DNA of 44,427 nucleotides, taken from NCBI GenBank assembly GCA_046094845.1, contig JBJTIE010000049.1:1-44427 (forward strand). The letters are read 5' to 3'. The stretch is from Planctomycetaceae bacterium. Its GTDB lineage: Bacteria > Planctomycetota > Planctomycetia > Pirellulales > UBA1268. How positions within the stretch are numbered: the stretch's first letter is position 1; each line of letters begins with the position of its first letter. The translations under genes were made by a program, and so were the position numbers. Shown in pieces: positions 28,460 through 37,001 of this stretch. The notes beneath the pieces were generated by a model. That model was given only the letters and a program-made list of their open reading frames with translations. It did no database searches and had not been told where the DNA came from.

Positions 28460-30211
28460 ATGAAGTCAGATGCGAAGCAGGTGGCCGAGACGCCGCTCCC
28501 GAAGGGGCATCGCCCCGGCGACCGCGTGCAGGACCCGCGCGGCTGGGGCCGCGAGACGGTCGAGTCGATCGTCGTCGCCTTCACTCTCGCCCTGCTCTTC
28601 CGCGCCTTCGAGGCGGAGGCGTTCGTGATCCCGACCGGCTCGATGGCCCCCACGCTCATGGGCCGACACAAGGATCTCGTCTGCGATGCCTGCGGCCGCG
28701 ACTTTCGCGTCGGCTGCAGTGCCGAGGAAGACGACGACTCACAGCGGAAGCGGGCGGAACTTGCCCTGCTCGAAAGCGAGAATCGCGACCCGGCCCGGAT
28801 CGCCGCCCTGCGGCGAAACCTCGGCGACAAGCTCGTGTCGCGGGCCCGCTGCCCCAATTGCGGCAATCTCATGCCGCTTACGGTCGGCCCCGACGATGCC
28901 CGGCGCTACGACCCACGGTATCCATCATTCAGCGGCGACCGGATCCTCGTCGACAAGCTGGCCTACGACTTCACCTCGCCCGACCGCTGGGACGTGGTGG
29001 TCTTCAAGTATCCCGAGGACGCCAAGACCAATTACATCAAGCGGCTCGTCGGCCTGCCGGGTGAGAACGTCTTCATCTCGGGGGGCGACATCTGGACCAG
29101 CCGCGGCGATGCCGATCCCACGGTCGCCCGGAAACCCGCCGCCGCGCTCCTGGCGATGCTGCAGCTCGTGCACGACTCGCGGCACGTGTCTGCCGATCTC
29201 GAGAAGGCCGGCTGGCCCCGGGCCTGGACCGACTGGACCGCGGCGGCGGACGCCCCCTGCCGGTGGTCCACGGCCGACGCGGGCCGTTCGTTCACCGCCG
29301 CCTGTCCGGCGGGCTATTCGGCCACGCTGCGCTACCGGCATTTGATTCCATCGTTCGACACCTGGCGCGACGTGAAGCAGGGCAAGCAGGTGACCGACCG
29401 GGCCAAGCCGCTGCTGATCGGCGACTTCCAGCCCTACAACGCCGAGTCGCTCGGGCCGCATTGGGTGGGCGACCTGGCCGTCGAGTGCCTGCTCGAGAGC
29501 CGAGGTGCCGCCGGCACGGTGACGCTCGATCTGGTCGAAGCCGGCGAGCGACATAGCTGCACGATCGACCTGACCGACGGCAGGGCCACGCTCCTGCCCG
29601 GTGCGGTCGCCGATGTCCTGCAGCCACCCGCCCCCGTCACCGGCACGACGCCCGTCCGGGGCAAGGGCCGCTGGCGGATCCTGTTTGCGAACGTCGACGA
29701 CGAGCTGCGCCTGTTCGTCGATGGCCGCGGCGTGGGCTTCTCCGGCCCAACCGCCTGGACCCGCCCACTTCAGGCTGCGTTCGCCGCGCGGCCCGCGGTG
29801 CGGTCCGGCACGCCGGGCGACACCGAACCGGGCGATCTTTCGCCGGCGGGCATCACGGCCACGGCGGCCGACGTGACCGTGAGCCGGCTGCGAGTGTCAC
29901 GCGACATCTACTACATTGCCTCCGGGGCGGCGGCGGCCATGGCGGGCCGCACGCCCGAGGAGGAATACCTCGGGTTTCCGCTCGAGGACGGGCAGTACTT
30001 CATGCTGGGTGACAACTCCTCGGCCAGCAAGGACAGCCGGGCCTGGGATCGGCTCCACCATGTCGACCGGCGGCTCATCATCGGCCGGGCGGTGGCCATC
30101 TTCTGGCCGCACGCGATTCCGGCCTCCTGGAGCATTCCGCTGCGAATTGGCGGCCTGGAAGTGCGATTGCCCTCGTGGCCCAACTTCGGGAGGATGGGTT
30201 TCGTGCGGTGA
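28460..30211 (+). CDS. lepB: Signal peptidase I (S26), enlarged, with zinc-ribbon-like insertion
   Basis: IPTGSMAPTL (catalytic Ser), YIKRLVGLPGE (catalytic Lys box), GDNSSASKDSRAW (box E). A CDACG...CPNCG insertion is present, and ~300 aa separate boxes D and E. Confidence 0.88.
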   Translation: MKSDAKQVAETPLPKGHRPGDRVQDPRGWGRETVESIVVAFTLALLFRAFEAEAFVIPTGSMAPTLMGRHKDLVCDACGRDFRVGCSAEEDDDSQRKRAELALLESENRDPARIAALRRNLGDKLVSRARCPNCGNLMPLTVGPDDARRYDPRYPSFSGDRILVDKLAYDFTSPDRWDVVVFKYPEDAKTNYIKRLVGLPGENVFISGGDIWTSRGDADPTVARKPAAALLAMLQLVHDSRHVSADLEKAGWPRAWTDWTAAADAPCRWSTADAGRSFTAACPAGYSATLRYRHLIPSFDTWRDVKQGKQVTDRAKPLLIGDFQPYNAESLGPHWVGDLAVECLLESRGAAGTVTLDLVEAGERHSCTIDLTDGRATLLPGAVADVLQPPAPVTGTTPVRGKGRWRILFANVDDELRLFVDGRGVGFSGPTAWTRPLQAAFAARPAVRSGTPGDTEPGDLSPAGITATAADVTVSRLRVSRDIYYIASGAAAAMAGRTPEEEYLGFPLEDGQYFMLGDNSSASKDSRAWDRLHHVDRRLIIGRAVAIFWPHAIPASWSIPLRIGGLEVRLPSWPNFGRMGFVR

Positions 30212-30254
30212 GCGGCCCTCGGGCCCCGTGCCGCACGGCGACACGGAGGATCGC

Positions 30255-30989
30255 ATGCCACTGCTTTCGGTCGAAGGGCTCGTCAAAAACTACGGCCGCC
30301 GTCGGGTCGTCGATGGCGTGGATTTCCACGTCGAGACCGGCGAGATCGTCGGCCTGCTGGGGCCCAACGGCGCCGGAAAGACCACGAGCTTCCGCATGAC
30401 CTGCGGCATGGTGATCCCCGATTCGGGCCGCGTGCTCCTCAACGACGAGGTCATCACCGATTGGCCGATGTTCAAGCGGGCCCGTGACGGCGGCATGGGC
30501 TACCTCGCCCAGGAGCAAAGCGTGTTCCGCAAGCTCACCGTCGAGCAGAACCTGCTGGCGATCATGGAGCTCGTCGGCATGGCACCGAAGGAGCGACGGC
30601 GGCGATGCGAGGAACTGCTCGAACAGTTTGACATCGTGAAGATTCGTCGCTCCAAATCGCATTACATCTCCGGCGGTGAGAAGCGGCGGCTGGAGATCGC
30701 CCGCTGCCTCGTCACCGAGCCGCGGATCATTCTGCTCGACGAGCCGTTCACCGGCATCGATCCGGTCACGATCCATTCGATCCAGAAGATCATCATGAGC
30801 CTGCGGGACGGCGGCATCTCGATCCTGATCACCGACCACCGCGAGCGGGAGACGCTCGCGATCACCGACCGCAGCTACGTGATCCGCGCGGGCAAGGTGC
30901 TCTGCCACGGCACCGCCCAGGAAGTGCTCACCAACCCCGACGCGAAGAAGTATTACTTCGGCGAAAGCCCCGGCGTCGAAGCCGCGTAG
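30255..30989 (+). CDS. lptB: LPS export ABC transporter ATP-binding protein
   Basis: GLLGPNGAGKTT Walker A, ISGGEKRRLEIARCL signature, ILLDEPFTGIDP Walker B, ITDHRERETL, C-terminal KKYYFGE. GGAGGA lies 5 nt before the ATG. Confidence 0.88.
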   Translation: MPLLSVEGLVKNYGRRRVVDGVDFHVETGEIVGLLGPNGAGKTTSFRMTCGMVIPDSGRVLLNDEVITDWPMFKRARDGGMGYLAQEQSVFRKLTVEQNLLAIMELVGMAPKERRRRCEELLEQFDIVKIRRSKSHYISGGEKRRLEIARCLVTEPRIILLDEPFTGIDPVTIHSIQKIIMSLRDGGISILITDHRERETLAITDRSYVIRAGKVLCHGTAQEVLTNPDAKKYYFGESPGVEAA

Positions 30990-30993
30990 GGCG

Positions 30994-31263
30994 TCACTCG
31001 CTCCGGAACATGCTCACGCTCTTGAACGTGAGCACGGCGCCGGCGCTCATCAGCGCCAATCCCAGCCACCGCGGCGGCTGCACGACCTTCCGCAGCGGCG
31101 CGTTCTGCCAGTAGGCCTGCCGTGCGGCGCCGTCGCCGAGCTGGGTGGCCACGAACCGGCTCGAACGCTCGTTGAGCGTGAACGACTCGACGAGCCGGAA
31201 CTGCATGCCCACGAGGAACAGCAGCAGACCGGCCAGCAGCAGGTGGTGGCTTTTGGGAAGCAT
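30994..31263 (-). CDS. Small two-TM membrane protein (paralogue of 11932..12168)
   Basis: MLPKSHHLLLAGLLLFLVGMQFRLVES...PPRWLGLALMSAGAVLTF. Start set at ATG 31263 within ORF 30994..31596. Confidence 0.55.
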   Translation of the reverse strand: MLPKSHHLLLAGLLLFLVGMQFRLVESFTLNERSSRFVATQLGDGAARQAYWQNAPLRKVVQPPRWLGLALMSAGAVLTFKSVSMFRSE

Positions 31264-31437
31264 CGCGATCTCCCGGAACGACGGTTCCGTGGTCGTCTCA
31301 TCGATCAGCCCCGGCCACGGAATCGACCCATCCCCCCAGGGCGTCGGCTTGTCGCGAGTATGCCGGCCATGCACGGCTGGCAACCTGGGCAAGCCCAGGG
31401 CCGGCTGCCGGAAATTCCTGTGGGAGCGGTCGTGCGG

Positions 31438-32868
31438 ATGACGATGAAGCTCCCGGTTGGGGCGGTCGGACGGCCGCTCCTCATCCGTTCTCGTAGCCAC
31501 CGGCGAGCCACCGTGAACCGACGCACGACATTTCGCCTCGCGGCCAGCTTCGCGGTCGTGGTCTGGTGCGGATCGCCGTTCACGATCCTGGCCCAAGGGC
31601 CGACGCCCGCGCCGTTCGTGGTCGCGGAGGACGAGGCCGTGGTCTCCGGCGGCCCGTTTCTGCTCGAGGGCCCGATCCCGGACGGCCCGGTTCCCGCGCA
31701 GACATTGCCCGCGCCGATGACGGTGCCGGGCATGATCATTTCCGACGTGCCGGTCGCCGCGGGACCCGCCGAGCTGGTCGAGGTGTCACCGCGGGCGGCC
31801 GACGCGATGCGGATCGACGACTTCGCCCTCGATGAAATGCCGTTCGAGGCCAGTTCCGGACGCTGGTTTTGGAGCGGCGGATGGTATGCCGGCGTCGAGT
31901 CGATGTGGATGGACCGCAGCCGCAACAATAACGAGACCGTGGTGCAGGACGTGGACGTCGTCGCCCCCGGTCGCAAAACCATCAATTACACGGCTTACGG
32001 CCAGCCCTTCGACCTCGCCCCGGGGGCCCGGATCACGCTGGGGCGGTCGCTGGGTCCCGACGACGTCGGCCGCGACCGAGCCCTCGAATTCATCTACTAC
32101 GGCGGCATGCAATGGGCCGCCAACGACGGTTGGAACGCCGAGAAGGACGGCGTGCTCGTCACGCCCCTCAACTACACCGCCCCCGGCTTCAACGGTGGCG
32201 ACCGCTACACGACGTCGCTGAAGTCCGACTTCAACAGCTGGGAATTCAATTACAAGATCCGGCGGCGGCTCGGCCGCGATCAGATGATCATGTCGCCCGG
32301 CGGCGAGTGGTCACGGCATGCCGAGCGGGGCTTCCTGCCCGGGCTGATCGTGGGCCTTCGGCTCGCGCACATCAACGAGTTCTGGAACATGCAGAGTTCC
32401 CAGCTCAATCCGCCCCCCACGCCCCCGGCCGAATTCGGCGGCACCTACGACATCACCGCCACGAACTGGCTGCTCGGCATGAACTTCGGCAGCGAACTGA
32501 TCAGCCAGAACGAGTTCTTCTACTGGGGTCTCCGCGGCCGCGTGGCCCCGGCGATCAGCTTTGCCAGCACGCATCAGCAGGGCACCGGCATCAACACCGA
32601 TCCCACGATCGAGACGCGGGGAGTCACCGACACGATGGAGAGCGGATCGCAAACAGGGGCCGGCTTCCTCGGCGACCTCACGATCCTGCTCGGCTGGAAC
32701 ATCACGCCGAACTTCTCGCTCCAGGCCGGCTACGACTTCCTGTGGGTGGGCGGCATGGCCACGGCCACGCGGCAGTTCAGCCTCAACAACCGCCAGTTCG
32801 AGGACATCGACGCCGGTGGGCAGACCTTCTATCAGGGCCTGTCGTTCGGCTTCCTCGGCTCGTGGTGA
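31438..32868 (+). CDS. Putative outer-membrane beta-barrel protein (BBP7-like)
   Basis: Signal-like RRTTFRLAASFAVVVWCGSPFTILAQG. Alternating aromatic/Gly-rich strands and a C-terminal ...GLSFGFLGSW ending in an aromatic residue. The start is ambiguous (ATG 31438/31444 or GTG 31513). Confidence 0.6.
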   Translation: MTMKLPVGAVGRPLLIRSRSHRRATVNRRTTFRLAASFAVVVWCGSPFTILAQGPTPAPFVVAEDEAVVSGGPFLLEGPIPDGPVPAQTLPAPMTVPGMIISDVPVAAGPAELVEVSPRAADAMRIDDFALDEMPFEASSGRWFWSGGWYAGVESMWMDRSRNNNETVVQDVDVVAPGRKTINYTAYGQPFDLAPGARITLGRSLGPDDVGRDRALEFIYYGGMQWAANDGWNAEKDGVLVTPLNYTAPGFNGGDRYTTSLKSDFNSWEFNYKIRRRLGRDQMIMSPGGEWSRHAERGFLPGLIVGLRLAHINEFWNMQSSQLNPPPTPPAEFGGTYDITATNWLLGMNFGSELISQNEFFYWGLRGRVAPAISFASTHQQGTGINTDPTIETRGVTDTMESGSQTGAGFLGDLTILLGWNITPNFSLQAGYDFLWVGGMATATRQFSLNNRQFEDIDAGGQTFYQGLSFGFLGSW

Positions 32869-34124
32869 GCGGCGATCGCCACGGCCGCGGCCTGACCGGT
32901 CGAGCAGAGGTTGATCGCGACCGCGGTGGCCGGTCGGCCCGCGAGCGGCCGGCCATGCACCACGTTGACCGGGCAGGCCGGGTCGGGATGCTCGTAATTG
33001 AGCGTCGGCGGCACGAGCCCCTGTTCGAGGCCCAGCACGCTCGCCGCCAACTCCACGGCCCCACCGCCGGCGCCCATGTGGCCGCAGGCCGACTTCGGCG
33101 CCGTCACCGGCACGTCACCGAGGGCTTTCCGGATCGCCTGGGCTTCGATTCGGTCCATGTCGATCGTGCCCACACCATGCGCGTTGACATGGCCGACGTC
33201 GGCGGCGGCGAGCCCCGCGGCCCGACATGCCGACGCGATCGCCTGCTCGAGCGAGCGGCCCGTGAGACCCCGGCGCAAGGCCGGCTCGCACCGTGACGCG
33301 GAGGCCAGGATCCGGCCGCGAATGCGGGCCCCGCGCCGCTCCGCGTGCACGCGTGATTCCAGCACGAGCACGGCGGCGCCTTCGCCATTGACCATGCCGT
33401 CGCGATCCCGGTCGAACGGCCGCGATGCCAGCCGGCAGTCGTCGGCCCGATGGGAAAGGAGCGCATCACCGCGGGCCACGAGGGCCGTCGGGTGCAGCCG
33501 GCAGCCGGTGCCGCCGGCGAGCATCACGTCGGCCCAGCCCCGCTGGATCATGCTCGCCGCCTCGGCCACGGCCAGGAGGCTCGACACGTCACCGAGCACG
33601 ATCGAATTGTTGGGCCCACGGGCATCGTGGGCGATCGCGATGTGCGAGGCGGTCATATTGGGGAGATGCTTGAGCAGCCAGAGCGGATGCACCTCCTCGT
33701 GGATCGCCTCTGCCCAGCGAGGGAAGTCGAAACTGCCGGCGACGTCGGCCCGCCGATACGCCGTCTCGAGATCCTCGAGATCGGCGTAGATCATGTCGCC
33801 GCCGAAGGCGACGCCGAACCGCTCCGGCGTCACGCCCCCCGACGGGATCGCCGCGTCGGCGATCGCCAGGTCGGCTGCCGCGAACCCGAGCTGAATCTCC
33901 CGGCTCATGACCTTCAGGCTCTTCCGCGGCCGCACGAAGAGCCTGGGCTCGAAGTCGGCGATCTGACCGCCGAACCGGACCTTCAGCGAGCTGGCGTCGA
34001 ACAGGCTGATGGGGCGGATGCCACTCTCTCCGGCGGCGAGCGCCGCCCAGAAGGGCTCGACACCGATGCCGATGGGACTGACGACCCCGACCCCGGTAAT
34101 GACGATGTCGCGCGGGCTCTGCAT
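32832..34124 (-). CDS. FabF-like beta-ketoacyl synthase homologue lacking the catalytic cysteine (Cys->Asp)
   Basis: N-terminus IVITGVGVVSPIGIGVEPFWAAL. Both catalytic His regions (VNAHGVGT, KSACGHMGAGGG) and the Lys are retained. Where E. coli FabF has IATACTSG, this protein has IVLGDVSS. Confidence 0.85.
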   Translation of the reverse strand: MQSPRDIVITGVGVVSPIGIGVEPFWAALAAGESGIRPISLFDASSLKVRFGGQIADFEPRLFVRPRKSLKVMSREIQLGFAAADLAIADAAIPSGGVTPERFGVAFGGDMIYADLEDLETAYRRADVAGSFDFPRWAEAIHEEVHPLWLLKHLPNMTASHIAIAHDARGPNNSIVLGDVSSLLAVAEAASMIQRGWADVMLAGGTGCRLHPTALVARGDALLSHRADDCRLASRPFDRDRDGMVNGEGAAVLVLESRVHAERRGARIRGRILASASRCEPALRRGLTGRSLEQAIASACRAAGLAAADVGHVNAHGVGTIDMDRIEAQAIRKALGDVPVTAPKSACGHMGAGGGAVELAASVLGLEQGLVPPTLNYEHPDPACPVNVVHGRPLAGRPATAVAINLCSTGQAAAVAIAAHHEPRKPNDRP

Positions 34125-34185
34125 ATGAAGACCCTAAACGACCGGAGCGAACCCTGAAAGTGGAGTCCCGGCGGCTCCGGAGCCG

Positions 34186-34761
34186 TCAGCGGTGGGGCGG
34201 GTGCAGCCGCCGCCATTCCGCGGGCTCGGTCGGGTGCGAATCCGCCCAGAGACCGAGCCGGCCGCGGCGGGCGGTCTCCTCGGCGGCCACGAGATCCTCG
34301 TCGGGCGCGAAGCCGCCGAAGACCCAGGCCGCCCCCTCCGCGACGAGTTCACGGTTCAGGTTGCGCTCGTCGAGCCAGAGCGTGCCGAGCAGCCGTCCGT
34401 GCTGGTCGATCGCATCGCCCTCCACCCGCACCGGCCGGTTGGCCAGCTTCGCCCGCAGGAGCTGCCGCGACCAGTCGCCGAAGGGCTGGCCGAACTCGGG
34501 CGCGTCGATCCCCTGCAGGCGGATCTTGTGCGACCGTCCCTCCGGATCGATGCAGGTGACGGTGTCGCCGTCGTGCACCGCATCGACCCGCCAGACCGGC
34601 CGGCCGGCCGAGTCGTGCACCGGGCACATCGGCACGACGATGCTCGCCACCAGTGAGATCAGCGCGGCGGCCACCGCATACCAGGGCCGCAGCCGCTTCG
34701 GCAGGCCACGGGGGGGCGGCGGCAGCCGGAAGGGCTTCCGGCCCCGGAAGGGACTAGCCAA
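34186..34761 (-). CDS. Membrane-anchored staphylococcal-nuclease (SNase/thermonuclease) family protein
   Basis: VHDGDTVTCID...IRLQGIDAPEFGQPFG...LLGTLWLD...NRELVAEGAAWVF are SNase blocks. An N-terminal TM helix (WYAVAAALISLVASIVV) is present. The proposed TTG start at 34761 overlaps the stop of the upstream ORF. Confidence 0.78.
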   Translation of the reverse strand: MASPFRGRKPFRLPPPPRGLPKRLRPWYAVAAALISLVASIVVPMCPVHDSAGRPVWRVDAVHDGDTVTCIDPEGRSHKIRLQGIDAPEFGQPFGDWSRQLLRAKLANRPVRVEGDAIDQHGRLLGTLWLDERNLNRELVAEGAAWVFGGFAPDEDLVAAEETARRGRLGLWADSHPTEPAEWRRLHPPHR

Positions 34762-35041
34762 GTTCGTCGTCGTCGCTCGTGGCGTCACGCTCGTCGGCGT
34801 AGGGGTCGCGGATGCAGGCCGTCTCGGCGCACACATCCTCCCCGTCATCGAGGTCGCAGACAAGCGAGAGCAGGGCGTTCTTCTCCGACTCGGAGATTTC
34901 GGCGAGGCGGAAGCTGCGGATGATCTCCGGCACCGGGTCGATGGTGGGATCGCAGATCTCCACGCTCACCCGGCCGGTCATGATCCGCCCCCGCCGATCG
35001 GCGAACCGCTCGCAGAGCACCAGCAAGTTTTCGCGATCCAT
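34754..35041 (-). CDS. Small acidic Cys-containing protein of unknown function
   Basis: 95 aa with strong GC3 bias, a very acidic C-terminus (DLDDGEDVCAETACIRDPYADERDATSDDDELG) and 5 Cys. It overlaps the nuclease start by 8 nt. Confidence 0.55.
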   Translation of the reverse strand: MDRENLLVLCERFADRRGRIMTGRVSVEICDPTIDPVPEIIRSFRLAEISESEKNALLSLVCDLDDGEDVCAETACIRDPYADERDATSDDDELG

Positions 35042-35140
35042 GGATCCTTCCCGGGATCTCCGGGACCTCCGTTGCCCCTCGGCCGGGGTGCCCTGCCGCC
35101 ACGCAGGGCCTGCGCAGTCTGCCCCACGGCCGTTAGGAGG

Positions 35141-36184
35141 ATGTACGGATCGTGTGAGAAAACGGTTCGAAAACCGGCGTTCTTCGCGTGCTTTCGGCGC
35201 AGCGGGCGGCGGGGGCGGCGGCCTATCCTCGCCCGACTCGAGGAACCTTCCGTGAGCCGACCGATCGATCGACAGACCGAGGCCCGCCGCATCCTGGCCG
35301 GCCAGCGGCCGCGCCGGCCGTCACCCCGAACGATCCTGCGGGCGACGGCCGTGGCCTGCGGAGTCGGGCATCTCGTCGGGATTGGAAACAAGCTGCCCGG
35401 CATCGTCGTCGTCGGTGCGATGCGGGCCGGCACGACGTCACTTTTCAGCCTGCTCGCCGCGCACCCGCAGGTGGCGGCCGCATTCCACAAGGAAGTGCAT
35501 TACTTCGACCTGCGGTTCCATCTCGGGACGAACTGGTACCGGCACCAATTCAGGCGGCCTCGCACGGCCGTCCGCAGGCGGGCCATCGGCCTCGAATCGA
35601 GTCCCTACTACCTGTTCGACCCTCGCGTGCCGGCCCGCATGGCGGCGATCATGCCCGACGTGAAGCTCGTCTTTCTCCTGCGGGATCCGGTGGAACGCGC
35701 CTTCTCCCACTATCGCAAGAACCTGCGCGACGGCCGCGAGCCGCTCTCGTTCGCCGAGGCGCTGGCCGCCGAGGACGAGCGGCTCGCCGGCGAGGAGGAA
35801 CGCATGCTGCACGACCCCGGCTACGTGAGCCGTCTCCATCAGTACTACTCATATGCCGCCCGCGGCCGGTATGCCGAGCAGCTGATCCGGTGGCGGCGGC
35901 ACTTCCCCGTTCCGCAGATGCTCGTGGTCGATGCGGCCAGGCTGTTCGCCTCACCTGGCGCGGTGTTGGCCCAACTGTTCGCCTTCGCCGAGCTGGAGCC
36001 GTGGGTTCCACGACAGTTCGTGTCGCTCAATGCCGGGCAGGTCGGGATGCCGCTCGATCCGGACACCGCCTCCGGATTGGCGGCGCGGTTCGCCCCGCAC
36101 GAGCGGCAGCTCGCCGCACTCATCGGCTGGTGCCCATCGAAGACCTGCCAGGCAACGGCGGTCGTGCGGGCGGAGGCGGCATGA
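35141..36184 (+). CDS. Sulfotransferase-domain protein (ST1)
   Basis: 5'-PSB-like loop VVVGAMRAGTTSLFSLL and 3'-PB-like FLLRDPVERAFSHYRKN. The start is uncertain (ATG 35141 or GTG 35252). The upstream part of the 674-aa ORF is antisense run-on. Confidence 0.75.
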   Translation: MYGSCEKTVRKPAFFACFRRSGRRGRRPILARLEEPSVSRPIDRQTEARRILAGQRPRRPSPRTILRATAVACGVGHLVGIGNKLPGIVVVGAMRAGTTSLFSLLAAHPQVAAAFHKEVHYFDLRFHLGTNWYRHQFRRPRTAVRRRAIGLESSPYYLFDPRVPARMAAIMPDVKLVFLLRDPVERAFSHYRKNLRDGREPLSFAEALAAEDERLAGEEERMLHDPGYVSRLHQYYSYAARGRYAEQLIRWRRHFPVPQMLVVDAARLFASPGAVLAQLFAFAELEPWVPRQFVSLNAGQVGMPLDPDTASGLAARFAPHERQLAALIGWCPSKTCQATAVVRAEAA

Positions 36185-36236
36185 CTCTCTCGCGGCATCG
36201 TCAGACCCCGAAACCCGTGACCGGAGGGGCGTAAGG

Positions 36237-37001
36237 ATGTGGGTGTTTTGTGGTGGCATGTTTCGGTCAGGCTCGACGGTGCAGTATCAGATCACCAGTC
36301 ATCTGGTCGAGCATCACGGCCGCGGCAGCCGCGTCAGCTGGCACTCGCCGCACGAGTTCGACGCGGTGCGGCTGGCGCATGCCGACACGCCCGGCCTGAT
36401 CGTCTTCAAGGCCCATGGACTGACGGCCGCGATGCGTGAGGAACTCGACCGCGGCGGCGGGCACGTGATCACGGTGCACCGCGACATTCGCGACGTGGTG
36501 GTGTCGGCGCTCCGCAAGAACGGGTGGTCGTTTCGGCACGTCTGGAAGCATGGTTACCTGCGCCGGTGGACGCAGCGGTTCGAGGAATGGGCGGCGATTC
36601 CCGGCGCCCTGGTCTCCCGGTACGAACACCTTGTGGAGGGGCTTGAACACGAGGTGAGCCGGATCGCCGGCCTGCTCGGGCTTCCGGCGGACGACACCCT
36701 GGCGACCGCCGTCGCCGTGGACTACGCGATCGACAGGCAGCGTGAACGCACGGCAGACATCTGCGGGAAGCAGTCTCGTGGCGCGCTCACGAAGTTCGAC
36801 CCCCATTCATTGCTCCACTTCAATCATGTCGCCTCCGGGGAGGTGGGCATCTTCCGGCACATGCTCGCCCCTGCCGAAATCCGCGCGATCGAAGACGCCT
36901 GCGGGGAGTGGCTCGATCGCTGGGGCTACCCGCGATCCGACATCACGTTGTCCGCGGCCGACCGGCTGCGACGCTGGAGCCTGGGGCGTGCCGCCGCATG
37001 A
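36237..37001 (+). CDS. Sulfotransferase-like protein (ST2)
   Basis: N-terminal VFCGGMFRSGSTVQYQI (PAPS 5'-phosphosulfate loop-like) and ITVHRDIRDVVVSALRK (3'-phosphate motif-like). ATG 36237 follows the ST1 stop by 52 nt. Confidence 0.7.
   Translation: MWVFCGGMFRSGSTVQYQITSHLVEHHGRGSRVSWHSPHEFDAVRLAHADTPGLIVFKAHGLTAAMREELDRGGGHVITVHRDIRDVVVSALRKNGWSFRHVWKHGYLRRWTQRFEEWAAIPGALVSRYEHLVEGLEHEVSRIAGLLGLPADDTLATAVAVDYAIDRQRERTADICGKQSRGALTKFDPHSLLHFNHVASGEVGIFRHMLAPAEIRAIEDACGEWLDRWGYPRSDITLSAADRLRRWSLGRAAA

Noticed and set aside
34160-35140. N-terminal half of the 674-aa ORF 34160..36184
   Set aside because: It is antisense to the SNase gene and the small acidic ORF. Its composition is low-complexity and Arg/Ser/Pro-rich. 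Sulfotransferase motifs begin only after ~35250.
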